Program-made: the position numbers and the translations under genes
In this document: positions 51,558 through 64,000 of the stretch, one piece after another
How positions within the stretch are numbered: position 1 is the stretch's first letter
Layout: every line of letters starts with the position of its first letter
Source of the DNA: Narcine bancroftii
Lineage: Eukaryota
Reading direction: 5' to 3'
DNA: 64,000 bases
NCBI RefSeq assembly: GCF_036971445.1
Contig: NC_091482.1
Span: forward strand, 58,280,001 to 58,344,000
Notes under the pieces: generated by a model
What the model was told of the DNA's origin: nothing
Seen by the model: only the letters and a program-made list of their open reading frames with translations
Databases searched by the model: none

Positions 51558-51704
51558 ATGGTGAAAGATCAGAAAGCATTAATAATTCAAAAGCATGTCC
51601 GTGCCTGGTTGGTAAGACGCCGGTACCAAAGCATTCGGCGTTTTGTTTTGAACATCCAGCTCTCGTTTCGTGTCAAACAACTCCACAAGAAACTGGAGGA
51701 GCAG
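51558..51704 (+). CDS. MYO5C: MYO5C exon 21, IQ5-6 (MVKDQKALIIQKHVRAWL...FVLNIQLSFRVKQLHKKLEEQ)
   Basis: ttctag|ATG ... CAG|gtgagt; 147 nt. Confidence 0.94.
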
Positions 51705-52508
51705 GTGAGTTACCAGACTATCAGGCCACTGGAAAATTAGCACCGATTTCTGATGAACTGCTTGAGTTTCCAAACCAGAATTAGATGCTTCTCGTCGATA
51801 CCCTGATGGACTTTGGAGAAATTCCGCATCGAAGCTCTGAAAGACGCCACAAAGGCTTCAGGAAGTTACCTCATGGGTCACCTGTTGACTCCCAGCCTGC
51901 AGGGAGCCAGAAAGCATTGGTTTTATGAAGTAATGATGTAAGAACATGAGAGCATAAGAAATAGGACCATCCGGCCCATCGAGCCTGCTCCACCATTCAA
52001 TGGGATCATGGCTGATCTGATGGTAGGCTCGTTTCTACCTACCTGCCTTTTCTCCATATCCCTTAATTCCCCTACACTGTAAAAATCTAGTTGACCTTGC
52101 TTTAAATATAACCACTGAGGAAGCTTCCATTGCTTAACACTCTCAAATTCTCCAGCATTTCCTTCATTTTAAGCAGAATTCCCATGTTTGCATTTCACAT
52201 TTGCAAACAGCAGTACCCTTTACCCAGCATGCCTCTCTGCTCTCTTTGTCTGGATACAGGATACAACTGGGCATTTGTATCCTTGCGAAGCCAATGTCCT
52301 TACCGACGCCATAAAAGGCAAGGCAACACGACTCAATTGTAGAGAAAGGGAATGGAAGAGTTGGGCAGTGTACAGTCATACATCCAGGATGAGACAGCAC
52401 TGGGAAAAAAAAATGCAAGAGTTACAAGGATGATACAGGTCGAACCTCTTTAATCCAGCGACTTTGGGGCCTGGCCATTGCTGGACCACAGAAATTGACC
52501 CCCTAAGG

Positions 52509-52735
52509 CAGGGGTTCCCAACCTTTTTGTTCTTCTGTACCCCTTGGGCATTTTTATAGGTTCCTGTGTACCCTTAAAAATTAAAGATTAAAAAAAACAC
52601 GACATTGTGCAATCTGACTGCAGATTACAACACCATGTATTGTACAGTAGTGGTTATTCTCTCAGACCCAATGTACCCCCTGAAAAGTGCAAATGTGCCA
52701 CTGAGGGTACATGGACCCCAGATTGGGAACCCCTG
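52509..52735. mobile_element. hAT-like MITE with 8-bp TSD
   Basis: CCCTAAGG|CAGGGGTTCCCAA ... TTGGGAACCCCTG|CCCTAAGG. Confidence 0.85.
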
Positions 52736-53927
52736 CCCTAAGGGAACCCCTGCCCTAAGGGAACCCCCTATGTAAACATATCAAAGATAGAATAAAACAG
52801 GAAATAAATACTGTGGGGCAGCATGGCTGACGTAGCGGTTAGCGCAATGCCTTTGCACCACCAGCGATCAGGACTGGGGATCGAGACCCGCACTGTCTGA
52901 CCAACGGCGGCAGATTCAACCATGCCGAACCACGGGAGTTGCCAGACCATAGAGTTCCAGATAAGAGACGTATAACCTGCACCAGGATCACCATTAGAAA
53001 TAAAGAAACCGTCTTGGCCCCCATTTCAAATGATAAAAAAATGCGGAGATCTGGCCTGGCAGTCGATTATGCATTTGGACGTGGATTGGGAGGATGTGGA
53101 TGGAGAAGGTGCTTTCACATGGTGTTGGTGGAAGCTCGGAGACAAAGAGCGAAGATATTTAGGACAATATATGGCTCTCAGGGTGATGAGGATGTCAACT
53201 TGTCACTACATGGATTGACCCCACTCTGAGGAAGCAGGTGATGCATAATAATAGCATGGACTTTGATCCAACTGGTGGCCTTGTGTGTTGTAAGTCCATA
53301 CTCGTATCCGTGTATTTATAAATATCATGGTACTGTGTGTGTGTGATTTTTTTTTCAGAAATTTTGAGGAATTCATTGATGGGCAAGTTTGAGCCATGGT
53401 TCTGTTTATCTCGATTATTCACAGTTAAGAGTTATTGTGTGATTTCTATGCAAAAATTGGAAAGCTTACTTGTTAACCCAATTGGGTTAGTGTAGGGGTT
53501 GGCACGATTGACATTATGATTAGCACAACGTGGTTACAGCACCAGCGTTCCCCCCCCCCCCCCCCCCACCCCACGATTAGAATCTGGTGCTGTCTGAAAG
53601 GAATTTGTACATTCTCCCTGTCCCTTGTGGGATTCCTTCTGGAGCTCTACCAGTTTTCTCCCACCCTTCAAAACATACGGGGGTTGCAAGTCAATTGGGT
53701 GTAATTGGACTCGTGGGCCAGAAGGGCCTGTTATTTTTTTTAAAAAAGAATGTAATGTTCAGTCAGATTTACGTACAAAAGTTTAAAATGACTTGCGCAC
53801 AACATTTAAAGAAAATTGACTTGCTGTGATTCCTCCTTGTGTAGATTGATGCACGGTAACTCAGTTATTAATGCCAATAAAATAACCTTTGAATGTTTGT
53901 GAATCTGTATTTGCTGTGCTGTTCCAG

Positions 53928-54092
53928 AGCAGAGAGAACAAAGGGTTACTGGAACGTTTGACTTCTTTGTCCACAATTCATTCTGCTGATATGGGTAAAT
54001 TTCACAAAGTTGAGGAAACGTTACAGAAGACGGTGACGCAAAAGAAGTTCGTTGAGGACCAAATGAAGAAAAACAAGGCACAAATGGAACAG
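53928..54092 (+). CDS. MYO5C: MYO5C exon 22, coiled coil (SRENKGLLERLTSL...KAQMEQ)
   Basis: ttccag|AGC ... CAG|gtgctt; 165 nt. Confidence 0.92.
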
Positions 54093-54573
54093 GTGCTTTT
54101 TTGTGGAAGAGTATAGAGTTGACTACCATATGTACATGTATTGGTCTATTTTTGGCCCCGCCCACTGGAGCTCCCAACGCCCCGACTGCTGCCTCTTGCC
54201 TAGGCCCTGGCCGCCCACCCATCGGAGCTCCCGATCCCAAGACTGCGGACGCCCACCTAGGTCCCGGCCGCCTGCCCGCCCATCCTACCTCTCAACACCC
54301 CAAATATGGACTTACCACCCGGTCCCGGCCACCCACCCTGCTATCTGAGCTCCCAATTCCTTGATTGCGGACTTGCGACTTGCCTGCTTGTTGGAACTCC
54401 TGACACCTCAAATGAAGCGGGTACTTACCACGGTCAAATTAGTGTGCATGTAATAGTCGATCCCCAAAAAATTGGTGCACAAAATTTGACTATTACAGGA
54501 ACATATACTGTAATTGTTTTCTACAAAGAAATTCTTGGCTCAATTTTGTTCTTTCATTTTCTAATTCGAGCAG

Positions 54574-54667
54574 ACATTGTCGGAGTTGAGAAAAGAAACA
54601 TTATCACTGCAGACACAGAATGAGAAACTGAAGAAGCAACATCTGGAACAGATGCAAGAAATTAAAG
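54574..54667 (+). CDS. MYO5C: MYO5C exon 23 (TLSELRKETLSLQTQNEKLKKQHLEQMQEIK)
   Basis: gagcag|ACA ... AAA G|gtttgt; 94 nt; phase fits both neighbours. Confidence 0.88.
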
Positions 54668-55409
54668 GTTTGTATGGTTTTTCTTTTAGTTGAAGTAGAT
54701 TTCAAAGAGCGAGACGTTATATCACCAGGAATCATTCTTGCACATGAAGTAAAATGGTGAGAATTCGGGATAGATCATCAACAATCAGGCCCAGAGGACA
54801 GTCAAAATGTCAACATTGCTTCAGAGCAGCAGAACAGGTAGGGGTTGAAGGCAGGGGATGGTGTGGAAATTATTTTGGTGTCAAGGATTAGGGCATTAGT
54901 GGTTAAGGGTAATTGGGGAGTTGAGACCTGAATTGATCAATAAATCAAGATGGGCTTGTGGATGGAGAGAACTGGGACCTGATGATTTCAGGGTTAAAGG
55001 GAGAATTCAACTTTGGCACTTGATTGGACAGTGCAGGATGAGGGTACAGAGTGTTTAAAAAAATATACGAGGCCGTTGGAAACCAAATTTACGTGCAAAA
55101 AATGTCGAAAATTTCTCTGTCAAAGCACTTGTTTTGTGTTCTGTTATTTTTAAATCTGAAATTGTTAACCAAAAGGATGTTTGACAGCGTGGAAGAACAG
55201 GGGGACCTTGCAGTTCAAATCCTTGAAGCTCTCAATGTTGCTTTGCAGGTTGACAGGACAGTTAAGTAGGCCTATGGTATGCTGGGCTTCATTAGTCAGG
55301 GGATTGAATTCGTGAGTCCTGAGGTGTTGTTGCAGCTCTACAAATCTCTGGAGAGTCCACACTTAGAATATTGTGCTCAGTTCTAGTCACCTCATTATGG
55401 GATGTGGAA

Positions 55410-55655
55410 GCTGTGGAGTGGTTTGAATACCACTGTTTTAATCATGGACTCGTTATGTGCATGGTTTCATAACTCCAAAGAAAATGGGCCAATGACCATT
55501 TTTTTCAAGCAAAACATTTCAGTAACAATTGGGTCTAGAGCAGAGGTTCTTGACCTTCTCTTCCCACTCAAATACCACCTTAAGCAATCCCTTACTAATC
55601 ACAGAGCATAAGGAATACTTAAGGTGGTGAGTGAGTGTGGAGAGAAAAAATTTAA
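55410..55655. mobile_element. Partial copy of the composite hAT MITE
   Basis: Shares the spacer and right unit with 30998-31373. Confidence 0.75.
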
Positions 55656-56972
55656 AAGCCTTTGCTGTTATAAATACTGCAACAATTTGAACAGTCATTC
55701 CCAAAGCTCATTCTAAGGATAGGGTCCTAAACAGACGGAGAGGTGGCAATGAGTCAGGATATGATGTCAGGGTCCCCACCACTGAAGGTTTGTCGAACAG
55801 GCAGCAACGTTAGCATAGAGGTTAGTGTAATGCTATTACAGTGCCAGAGACCCGGGTTTGAATCCAAAGCTGTCTATGAGGAGTTGGTACATTCTCACTG
55901 TGTGTTTCCTCCGGGTGCTTCAGTTTCCTCCCATCCTTCAAAACATACAGGGATTGTAGTCAATTGGGTGGCACGGGCTTCTTGGCCTGAAGGGCCTGTT
56001 ACTGTGCTGCATGTCTAAATTTAATTTAAAATGGAGCTGACTCAAAAAGGCCATCACTGGGAAAGTGAGAATATCTTGAAGGGTGTCGGCGATGGTTGTG
56101 ATTAACGAGACCAGGAGGAGGAAGATAAGGAAGGATTGAGAAACAATATTTAGATGGAGGTGTTCCAATCGGAATGATGAAGTGAATAAAGCAACATCTC
56201 AAGTTTGAGATTACATGCTGGGACAGATGGATATCGTCCCTTCTGAATAGATGGACCTTTTAGCAACAGGTGAACAACGAGCGAGGTAGTGATGAGCCAA
56301 GTAGTGGAGGTGGTGCGTTTAGTGATTGTGGAAATTGATGCGTGTTGGCATTTTTGACAGTAGTCTGTCTGACTAGGATTGATTATACCTTTAGAAGCCA
56401 GTCAGGATTCTCCACAAATTGATAGATGTAATGAGCTCAAGCCTGCAAAAATTGTCTGTACACTCTTATTGAATGATTGCTTTGGAGAAAAGTATGGGCA
56501 ATGTAGTTGGATGCAAAGACCCATAATTGGTCAATAGTGCTCATTCCAAATGTAGAAATTTTAAAAAATATGTTTATCTTGAAATGATGGCGATGGGCCT
56601 TTAAGATCTTTTATGTAAATATTGCATCAGGTTTTCTATCAGTCTTTCTGCACAAACATACCAACTATTTTACCCTCATCCCTGACACTGTAATTAGTTT
56701 GTTTGGATTATGAAAGGATTAGAACGAACCAGAGAAAATTCCCGGAATTTTCACTCTGAAGAGAAGATGAACCAAATCACTGCAATTGCTCTCAGGAAGA
56801 TCCCACTGAAACTTTGAAATTCAGTGAAATTTCTGTCCTTGATCGCGCTCAAAGTTGTTAATACTGATTATTGACATTGTTGATTGGACTGTTCCCAATC
56901 TGTTTGCTCTGGAGGCCATTGGGCCCACTGTAACACTGCTGTTCATTAAAGGTTTGATCATTTTATTCATAG

Positions 56973-57036
56973 GAAAAATGGATAAAATGACACAGGAGCA
57001 TCTTAATGATTTAGAAAGGGAGGAGCGTCAAAGACG
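56973..57036 (+). CDS. MYO5C: MYO5C exon 24 (GKMDKMTQEHLNDLEREERQR)
   Basis: tcatag|GA ... CG|gtaaga; 64 nt. Confidence 0.9.
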
Positions 57037-57129
57037 GTAAGAAACATCGTATCAAATTGTGCCTGACTTGTGCTTTCCAAATAAAAAATATGCTTACCTC
57101 AGCATGAACACAATTGCAGAGTCATTTAT

Positions 57130-57421
57130 GGATTTTAGACTGTAGGTGTGTAATGGCACAATCGCGGAATTTTGCCGCTACACGGGATGTGCAGGAATAT
57201 TGAGTCAATTCCTGCATCGCGATTTATCCTGCAGAGCCCTCTACAGGAAGCCTGCAGCGTTAATCGTACCGGAAAAATTTGTTGACGGTCATCCACTCTA
57301 CTGCACGTCCAACCATCAGGACTGTTGCACTCAGGTACTTGCTGTCTAAAAAGGCAGTAATTATGTTAATTTTTTAGGCAATTATTTCCACCCCCCCCCC
57401 CAACATTGCAGTCTAAAAACC
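57130..57421. mobile_element. PIF/Harbinger-like MITE
   Basis: TIRs GGATTTTAGACTG / CAGTCTAAAAACC. Confidence 0.55.
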
Positions 57422-59639
57422 ATAATTGATAGTCTAATCAAGGAATATATGATCTCAGTCCCTGTTCCATAGATTGCATGCATATCCAGGACATATTTTT
57501 TAAGCATGTGTGATCACATCATCAACATTTGTTGACGAGAAAAATCTGCTCAATATTCTGTAGCTCAATGACAGGAAGGTATTTTGGCACCTATGCAGAG
57601 TTGTATGTTAACAAATTGTTGCATATTTGTGCTGAGTTTATATTTCAAAGCAACCAGGATGTTAAGTCTCTTGAGTTACTTGGGAGGCTTCCTAGAGATG
57701 CAAGATTTCATTAACAGAAAAGACTTTACTTACTGATGCCTTCCACCATCTAGGGAAACCGTTCACTCACACAGTGGTACACTACAGTAACTATAGTGAG
57801 AAGGGTGTATTCTTCCGTGGTTCACACTATCCCGACTATATAGCACCGGTATTTTGAAGTAAAGCTGCTAATTAATTGATTGCACACCATGAAAATTGTA
57901 TCTTGAAAAGCTGCAGGTTTTTGAAGGATTATTATTCTTATAATGTCTGATACAGGCTGGGTTGCAGTAACAGCCTCTTTCTGTAGCAGATCAGTTTGAA
58001 TTCCATGTTAGATTCTGTGAATGCTTCAACTGAAGTAGGTGTCATATTTACTCTAAGGACATCATTCACAGCTGTGAGTTTATAACTGGTTTACAGTATA
58101 AAATAGATCATCTATCATTTATTCCTTTATAAAACACAGTGTCTGCAGACACTGGTTGAAGTAAAAACACAACGCTGGAGAAACCCAGCAGGTCAAACAG
58201 TATCCTTTATAGAGCAAAGTAAATATACATAACTAACATTTCAACCTTGAGCCCTTCATAGTCAAGGTATCTTTGCTCTATAAAGTATATTGCATTTGGG
58301 GAGATTTGGTATGACACCAGAAACCCTGGTGAATTTCTACATAAGTGTGCAGACTGGCTGCATCACGGTCTGGTATGGGGACACCAATACCCCTGAGTGT
58401 AAAACCCTCAAAAAGGTAATGGACACAGCCCAGTACATCACAGGCAAAATACCCTCCCCACTATTGAGTACATCTACAAGGAACGCTGCTGTCAGAGAGC
58501 ATGGCAATCATCGAGGATCCACACCACCCAGCACACCCTCTGTTCTCACTGTTGCCATCAGGAAAGAGGTGTCGGTGCCACAAGACTCACCCCACCAGGA
58601 GCATGAACAGCTGCTTCCCCTCCACCATCAGACTCCTCAACAATGAACTCAATCAGAGACTCATTTAAGGACTCTTAAGCATTGATTTTTTAAAAATTCT
58701 CTCTGTATTGCACAGTTTGTGTACATTCGTTATCTTTTTACAGTTCTTTGTTTGTATATGTGCTGCATGTATAGTTTTTTTGCACTGCCCAATAAGTGGT
58801 AATTCTGCCCTGCTTGCAGACAAAAGAATCTCAGGGTTGAATGTGATGTTGTGTCATGTATGCGCTCTGACAATAAATCTAAACACGGTTTAACCTGCTG
58901 AGTTCCTCCAGCATTGTGTTTCTCTCTATTTTTTTTCATAATTTAACACATTTTTTAGAGATCTCCTCTCATTCTTCTAAATTCCAGCAAGCATAGTTCA
59001 AGGTGACTTAATCACTTCTCATCAGTTAACCCCTTCATCTCAGGAATCAACCTGGTGAACCTCCTCTGCAACCACTTCCAAGGCCCACATACATCCCTCC
59101 TCAAATAGACTGGAATTGCACGCAGCTGTGGCACGTCCACTGATGCAATTGTCCACTTGCATCAGAACCTCCCTGCTTTTAAATCCACTCCTTCCAGCCC
59201 TGAAAGGCAACAGTCCATTTGCCTTCTCGATCACCGCCAAACCGACCTTTGATATTCAGCTGAAAGAGAAACGGAGTGTACAGCTCAGGTCAAAAGACTG
59301 GAGAGTTTTAGACGTGAAACATTGACTCTGTTTCCCTCTCCATAGAGGCTGCCTGATCTCCTCAGTGTTTCCATCATTTTTTTTTTGCTTTTATTGGAGT
59401 TTCTTGGTCCCTATCTGAGCGACATGGTTGATATTTATCATAAACAACAAACAGTAACTGCAGCTGAGGGATGGAATTAAATAAAGTCCATATTTGTCCA
59501 GCACGGATGTAATTGGCTGAATAGCCTCACTCTGATCTGTAAATTTCGATGCAATCGCACAAGAGAAAGGAATTTTGTTACAACTGCGGGTGATGGTATT
59601 TTAAGACTAATTGTTAATCTTTCTCCTGTGTCCCTGAAG

Positions 59640-59820
59640 AAAATTGGAAAATAATTTTCAGATCCAGAAGGAGGAGTATGAGAATCAAATTAAGGCACTA
59701 AATGATGAAATTAAACAGCTGCAAGAGGAAAGAATTCAGTTGCAGGAACAGGTTCAGGAAGAGTATCTGGCAAATGAGAGTCTACGGAAGGAAATGGCAC
59801 AAGTAACTAACGAAACACTG
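59640..59820 (+). CDS. MYO5C: MYO5C exon 25 (KLENNFQIQKEEYENQIKALNDEIKQLQEER...VTNETL)
   Basis: ctgaag|A ... CTG|gtacgt; 181 nt. Confidence 0.9.
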
Positions 59821-60372
59821 GTACGTGAATCGAGCTCCTCTTGCCTGGAAATTAGATCAAGCGCTTTAAGAAGCTTATCGCCAAGTAAGATACATCTGTA
59901 AACACTGGCAAATTGTCTCTCCACGTTATGTAGAGCAAGAGGGTATTTTGCATCCAGAAGGAGGTGGTACTGAGTTCAATATAGCAATAACAAAAGGGCC
60001 TCCATCATTAGAGGGATCCTCTCCATGGCAACCAGAATAATGCAGGAAGGGAAATATTGGTCAGCACAACATTGAGGGCTGAAAGACCTGTACTTTGCTG
60101 TTCAATGGTACTCTGTGATTGGTAGGGAGGAGATAGGGATTGCAGGAGAGAGGGACGGAGTTCCCCGATTGATTCAAATGCTCCAAGGGGCCTGGAAATC
60201 TTAATCAATAGAATATACAGCAGGAGGGTGGTATGGCATACTAGGGAGGCCAGGAGACCTACCAGCACCATAACAACATGAGAGCTGGGTAAAAGTACAT
60301 TCCTCTTTTTCTCTTCCATGTGTGAGCATGCCTTGAACATCAAACAATGAAATAAGTAACATAGAATTAGAG

Positions 60373-60704
60373 CAGTCGTTCCCAAACTTTTTCAGGCTGC
60401 AGCCCCCTTGGCTCTCAGGCCACATCCCTAGCGCTCTCCCTCACCACCACCCCCCATTTACATACACCTCTTTCTTGGTATTAAGTCTCCTGCAAATTTA
60501 AAACAACAACTAATCTAATACTATAAACAGGTGGTCCCATCCCGGGCCATCCTGATCAGTCACCGTCCCTAGCAGTCACGATCCTGGGTGGTCACCCCCA
60601 CCCCCCTTCTCACCTGACTGCCGGAAACGTTCGGGCCGCCCCCTTTTTACTCCCCCCACCCACCCAGGGGAGGGGGGTGGCACTGCCCACTTTGGAAATG
60701 ACTG
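60373..60704. mobile_element. hAT-like MITE
   Basis: TIRs CAGTCGTTCCCAAA / TTTGGAAATGACTG. Confidence 0.6.
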
Positions 60705-60817
60705 AACCATCATTTCGTTGGATATCTGGATCAATACCTTGATCTGAGTTATTAACTAGCAATAATCATAGCTAAATGATCTGTATATGCATTAATAGGT
60801 AACTCATCTATCCACAG

Positions 60818-60911
60818 GTAATTCCAAAACTTAAAGGGGACATTGCAACACTTGAACTGAAGAAACAAGGTTTAGAAATGTGCCTGCAAAATCAAAGAAA
60901 AGAAATGAGAG
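60818..60911 (+). CDS. MYO5C: MYO5C exon 26 (VIPKLKGDIATLELKKQGLEMCLQNQRKEMR)
   Basis: ccacag|GTA ... AGA G|gtaaaa; 94 nt; ends like the QKREMR exon I recall from MYO5C. Confidence 0.88.
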
Positions 60912-61820
60912 GTAAAAACGGTTTAGGTCCTTATGGGATTCAGCGTACTATATACCAACTATTCTGATCAGATAGTGTTGGAAATGTTCAGTTGCGCTGG
61001 GGATTGGGGTTTTTTTTCCAGATATCTCTTTAAAAAACAATGAGATTATCAAATTTAGGGTAACTGTTAAATGTGAGTCATGTCTGATTTCTGCTTCAAT
61101 CCCTTGTTCTCTGTATATTTCACGGCTGTCAGCAAATTCAGTTTATGGTCGCCTCACATGAAATCAACAAATACTGGTATCTGCTGAGCGTTGAACACGT
61201 AACATCTGTCGAAAAATGCTGCATGTACTCAACAGGTCGGGTAGCATCCATTGGGAGGGCGGCGGCATTGATGCTTTGGGTCAAAGGCCCTTTATCTGAA
61301 CTTGAAAAGTGAGAAAGGAGGTGTGTTTGAATTTGCAAAGTATGGGGGGGTGGGGGGGAGAATGAGGGAGAGGGAATGTCTGTGGTAGGATGCAGACCAA
61401 AGGTCTCCAGATAAAAGCTACCTTGTTTTTAAAAACGAAAGGACTGGCAAGTTTAAGACAGAAAAACAAAAAGGAGCATTGATATAGATAGGAACGGTGA
61501 TATCTGAGGGCAGAAAGAAGTGCGAGTGAAAGAAGTTACCTAAACTTGTTAAATTCCATCTTGTTCTGCTGCTGGCTTTGAGTATCATTGGAACAATGCA
61601 GGAAGCCAAAGAACAGAGGTCACAATGCAAGAGGCATAGAGAAGTAACACAAGAGGCAATTGGAAGCTTGGGTTGCCCTTGCAGACTGAACAGAGATGTT
61701 CTTGAACAAAACTTCTGTAAAACATGGAAGTCTGCAGACACCATGACTGAAGTAAAAAGACAATGCTGGAGAAACTCAGCAGGTCAGACAGTGTCCTTTA
61801 TATTAGCAAAGGTAAAAATG

Positions 61821-61862
61821 CATAACCAATGTTTCGGGCTTGAGCCCTTCATCAAGGTGTAC
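61821..61862 (-). ncRNA. Minimal hammerhead-ribozyme-like motif in a Penelope terminal repeat (best-preserved copy)
   Basis: Minus strand ACC-TTGATGA-AGGG-CTCAAG-CCC-GAAAC-ATT-GGT; a GIY-YIG remnant (CLICIGESK) lies adjacent at about 61880-61960. Confidence 0.55.
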
Positions 61863-62585
61863 TTTCTCTTCTATGCTGGAGAAGGCAAAAACTTGTATTT
61901 GCTTTCTCCAATGCAGATGAGACAGCACAGTGAGCCCTGCATTAGGTTGAACGAGTGGTGAGTGAATTGCTGCTTCACCTTGAAGAACAGTTTGCGTCAT
62001 GGTTGGTGGGACGGGAAGGGGTAAAGAGTAGCATCTCCTGTGTTTGCAGAATCTTTATAAATCACCAGTCCAGGCTCCTCTGGAATATTATCTTCTGATT
62101 GTCTTATTCCAAGAAGATGTGAGGGCAATGGGTAAGATCCAATAGAGATGAAAGCGAAAGTGACTTGTATTCCCACCGATCACTATTTTGATCCTTGACT
62201 TCATCAATATTTTGCATCACCTGTTAACGATGTAGAGCAAACAATTTCTCAACAATGCAAGATGTGTTAACTTTATTTTCCTGTGCTGTGCAAATGAATC
62301 CCATGCCGAGTATTTGGCGTGTGGAAGTTATTTTTAATTTGTGTTTAGTTTGGGCATTGGGGAAGTATTGTCGTTGCTTCATGCTGATATGTTGGGTCAG
62401 ATATAACAAGTGAGATGTACACAGTAAATATTTCTTCCTTGCAACCACCTGGGATTAACTTCAGTGCACGATTACTGAATGAAAATAACACCTCCCAGCT
62501 ACCTAAAATGTTCTGGAATCTCGAATTTCTAAGATTATGTTCTATTTTGAAATAGAAGAATGATTTTGAACCATGTTCTTGCAAG

Positions 62586-64000
62586 TTTTTTTTTTAGTTT
62601 TTTATTTTTCACACCATAAATCACATTAACCATGGTACACACTTTTTCCTTTTCACACATATAGAGTGCCATTTTCTCCCCCCCCCCCTCCCTCCTCCCA
62701 TCCCACCCTCCCTACCTCCCCCCTCCCGTCCATTTAAGGTATACAATCTAGGATACATTAAACCAGTCAGACAATGTTGTCATTCAATAAAAATACACCA
62801 GAAATTCTACTGAGTCCATTCTTTCCATTTCCTTTTCCTTCCGTTAACTTAGGTAATGATTGTCCCCGGTAGGTTTTCGCTATTGTATTTAATGTAAGGC
62901 TCCCATATTTGTTTGAATATTTCAATATTATTTCTTAAACTATATGTTATTTTTTCTAATGGAATACATTTATTCATTTCTATATACCATTGTTGTATTT
63001 TCAAATTACCTTCCAATTTCCAGGTTGACATAATACATTTTTTTGCTACGGCTAGAGCTATCTTAACAAATCTTTTTTGTGCATCCTCCAAATCAATTCC
63101 AAATTCTTTGTTTTTTATGTTACTTAGGAGGAAGATCTCTGGATTCTTTGGTATATTGTTTTCTGTTATTTTATTTAATATCTGATTTAGATCTTCCCCA
63201 AATTTTTTTACTTTCTCACATGTCCAGATTGCATGAATTGTTTTTCCCATTTCTTTTTTACATCGAAAACATCTATCAGATACTGTTGGGTCCCATTTAT
63301 TTAACTTTTGAGGTGTAATGTATAGCCTGTGTATCCAGTTATATTGTATCATACGTAACCTCGTATTTATTGTATTTCTCATCGTTCCAGAGCATAACTT
63401 CTCCCATGTTTCCTTCTTTATCTTTATATTTAAATCTTGTTCCCATTTTTGTTTAGTTTTACCATTTGTTTCCTCATTCTCCTTTTCTTGCAGTTTAATA
63501 TACATATTTGTTATAAATCTTTTGATTATCATTGTATCTGTAATCACATATTCAAGGTTACTTCCCTCTGGCAAACTCAAACTGCTTCCTAATTTATCCT
63601 TCAAGTAGGATCTCAATTGGTAATATGCCAGCGCTGTATCTTGAGTTATATTGTACTTATCTTTCATTTGTTCAAAGGATAGGAATCTATTTCCTGAAAA
63701 ACAATTTTCTATTCTTTTAATCCCTTTTTTTTCCCATTCTCTAAAGGAAAGGTTATCTATTGTAAAAGGGAGTAACTTGTTTTGCGTCAATATTAGTTTT
63801 GGTAATTGATAATTTGTTTTATTTCTTTCTACATGAATCTTCTTCCAAATATTGAGAAGATGATGTAATACTGGAGAATTTCTATGTTGTACCAATTTTT
63901 CATCCCATTTATATAATATGTGTTCAGGTATCTTTTCCCCTATTTTATCTAATTCTAATCTCGTCCAATCTGGCTTTTCCCTTGTTTGATAAAAATCTGA
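62586..64000 (-). mobile_element. Young L1, 3' part; ORF2 C-terminus uninterrupted and running off the window edge
   Basis: 348-aa ORF 62849-63895 with CFRC...HAIWTC knuckle; G-rich 3' UTR; poly-A read as a T-run at 62586-62609. Confidence 0.93.

Noticed and set aside
52815-52900. tRNA-like sequence (GGGGCAGCATGGCTGACGTAGCGGTTAGC...)
   Set aside because: It is a SINE head with A/B-box similarity; no complete cloverleaf, and many similar copies occur in the window.
62050-62131. Candidate exon 27 (ttgcag| ... |gtaaga)
   Set aside because: The required phase-1 frame hits TAA at the fourth codon and shows no similarity to the expected myosin Vc sequence.

Overview
Vertebrate genomic DNA, most likely a cartilaginous fish (ray or skate). 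This is inferred from the repeat content: V-SINE/HE1-like SINEs, CR1, Penelope-type terminal repeats and fish-type L1. The window holds coding exons 2-26 of an unconventional myosin Vc gene (MYO5C) on the + strand, 11315-60911. These encode the motor domain, six IQ motifs and the start of the coiled coil. All introns are GT-AG and the phases join into one open frame; exon 1 and exons 27 onward were not found. Upstream lie a decayed BEL/Pao LTR retrotransposon and a 200-N scaffold gap. The introns are dense with mobile elements: L1 copies (two with clear target-site duplications), CR1/L2/RTE fragments, Penelope relics, a solo LTR, hAT/Mariner/Harbinger MITEs and a Chapaev-like remnant. The most unusual signals are (1) a 129-bp, 2-mismatch inverted copy of exon 7 with both splice sites, inserted in an L1 relic in intron 8, (2) minimal hammerhead-ribozyme-like motifs in the Penelope-derived repeats, including fold-back mini-elements with target-site duplications, and (3) a composite MITE made of two inverted mini-MITEs.
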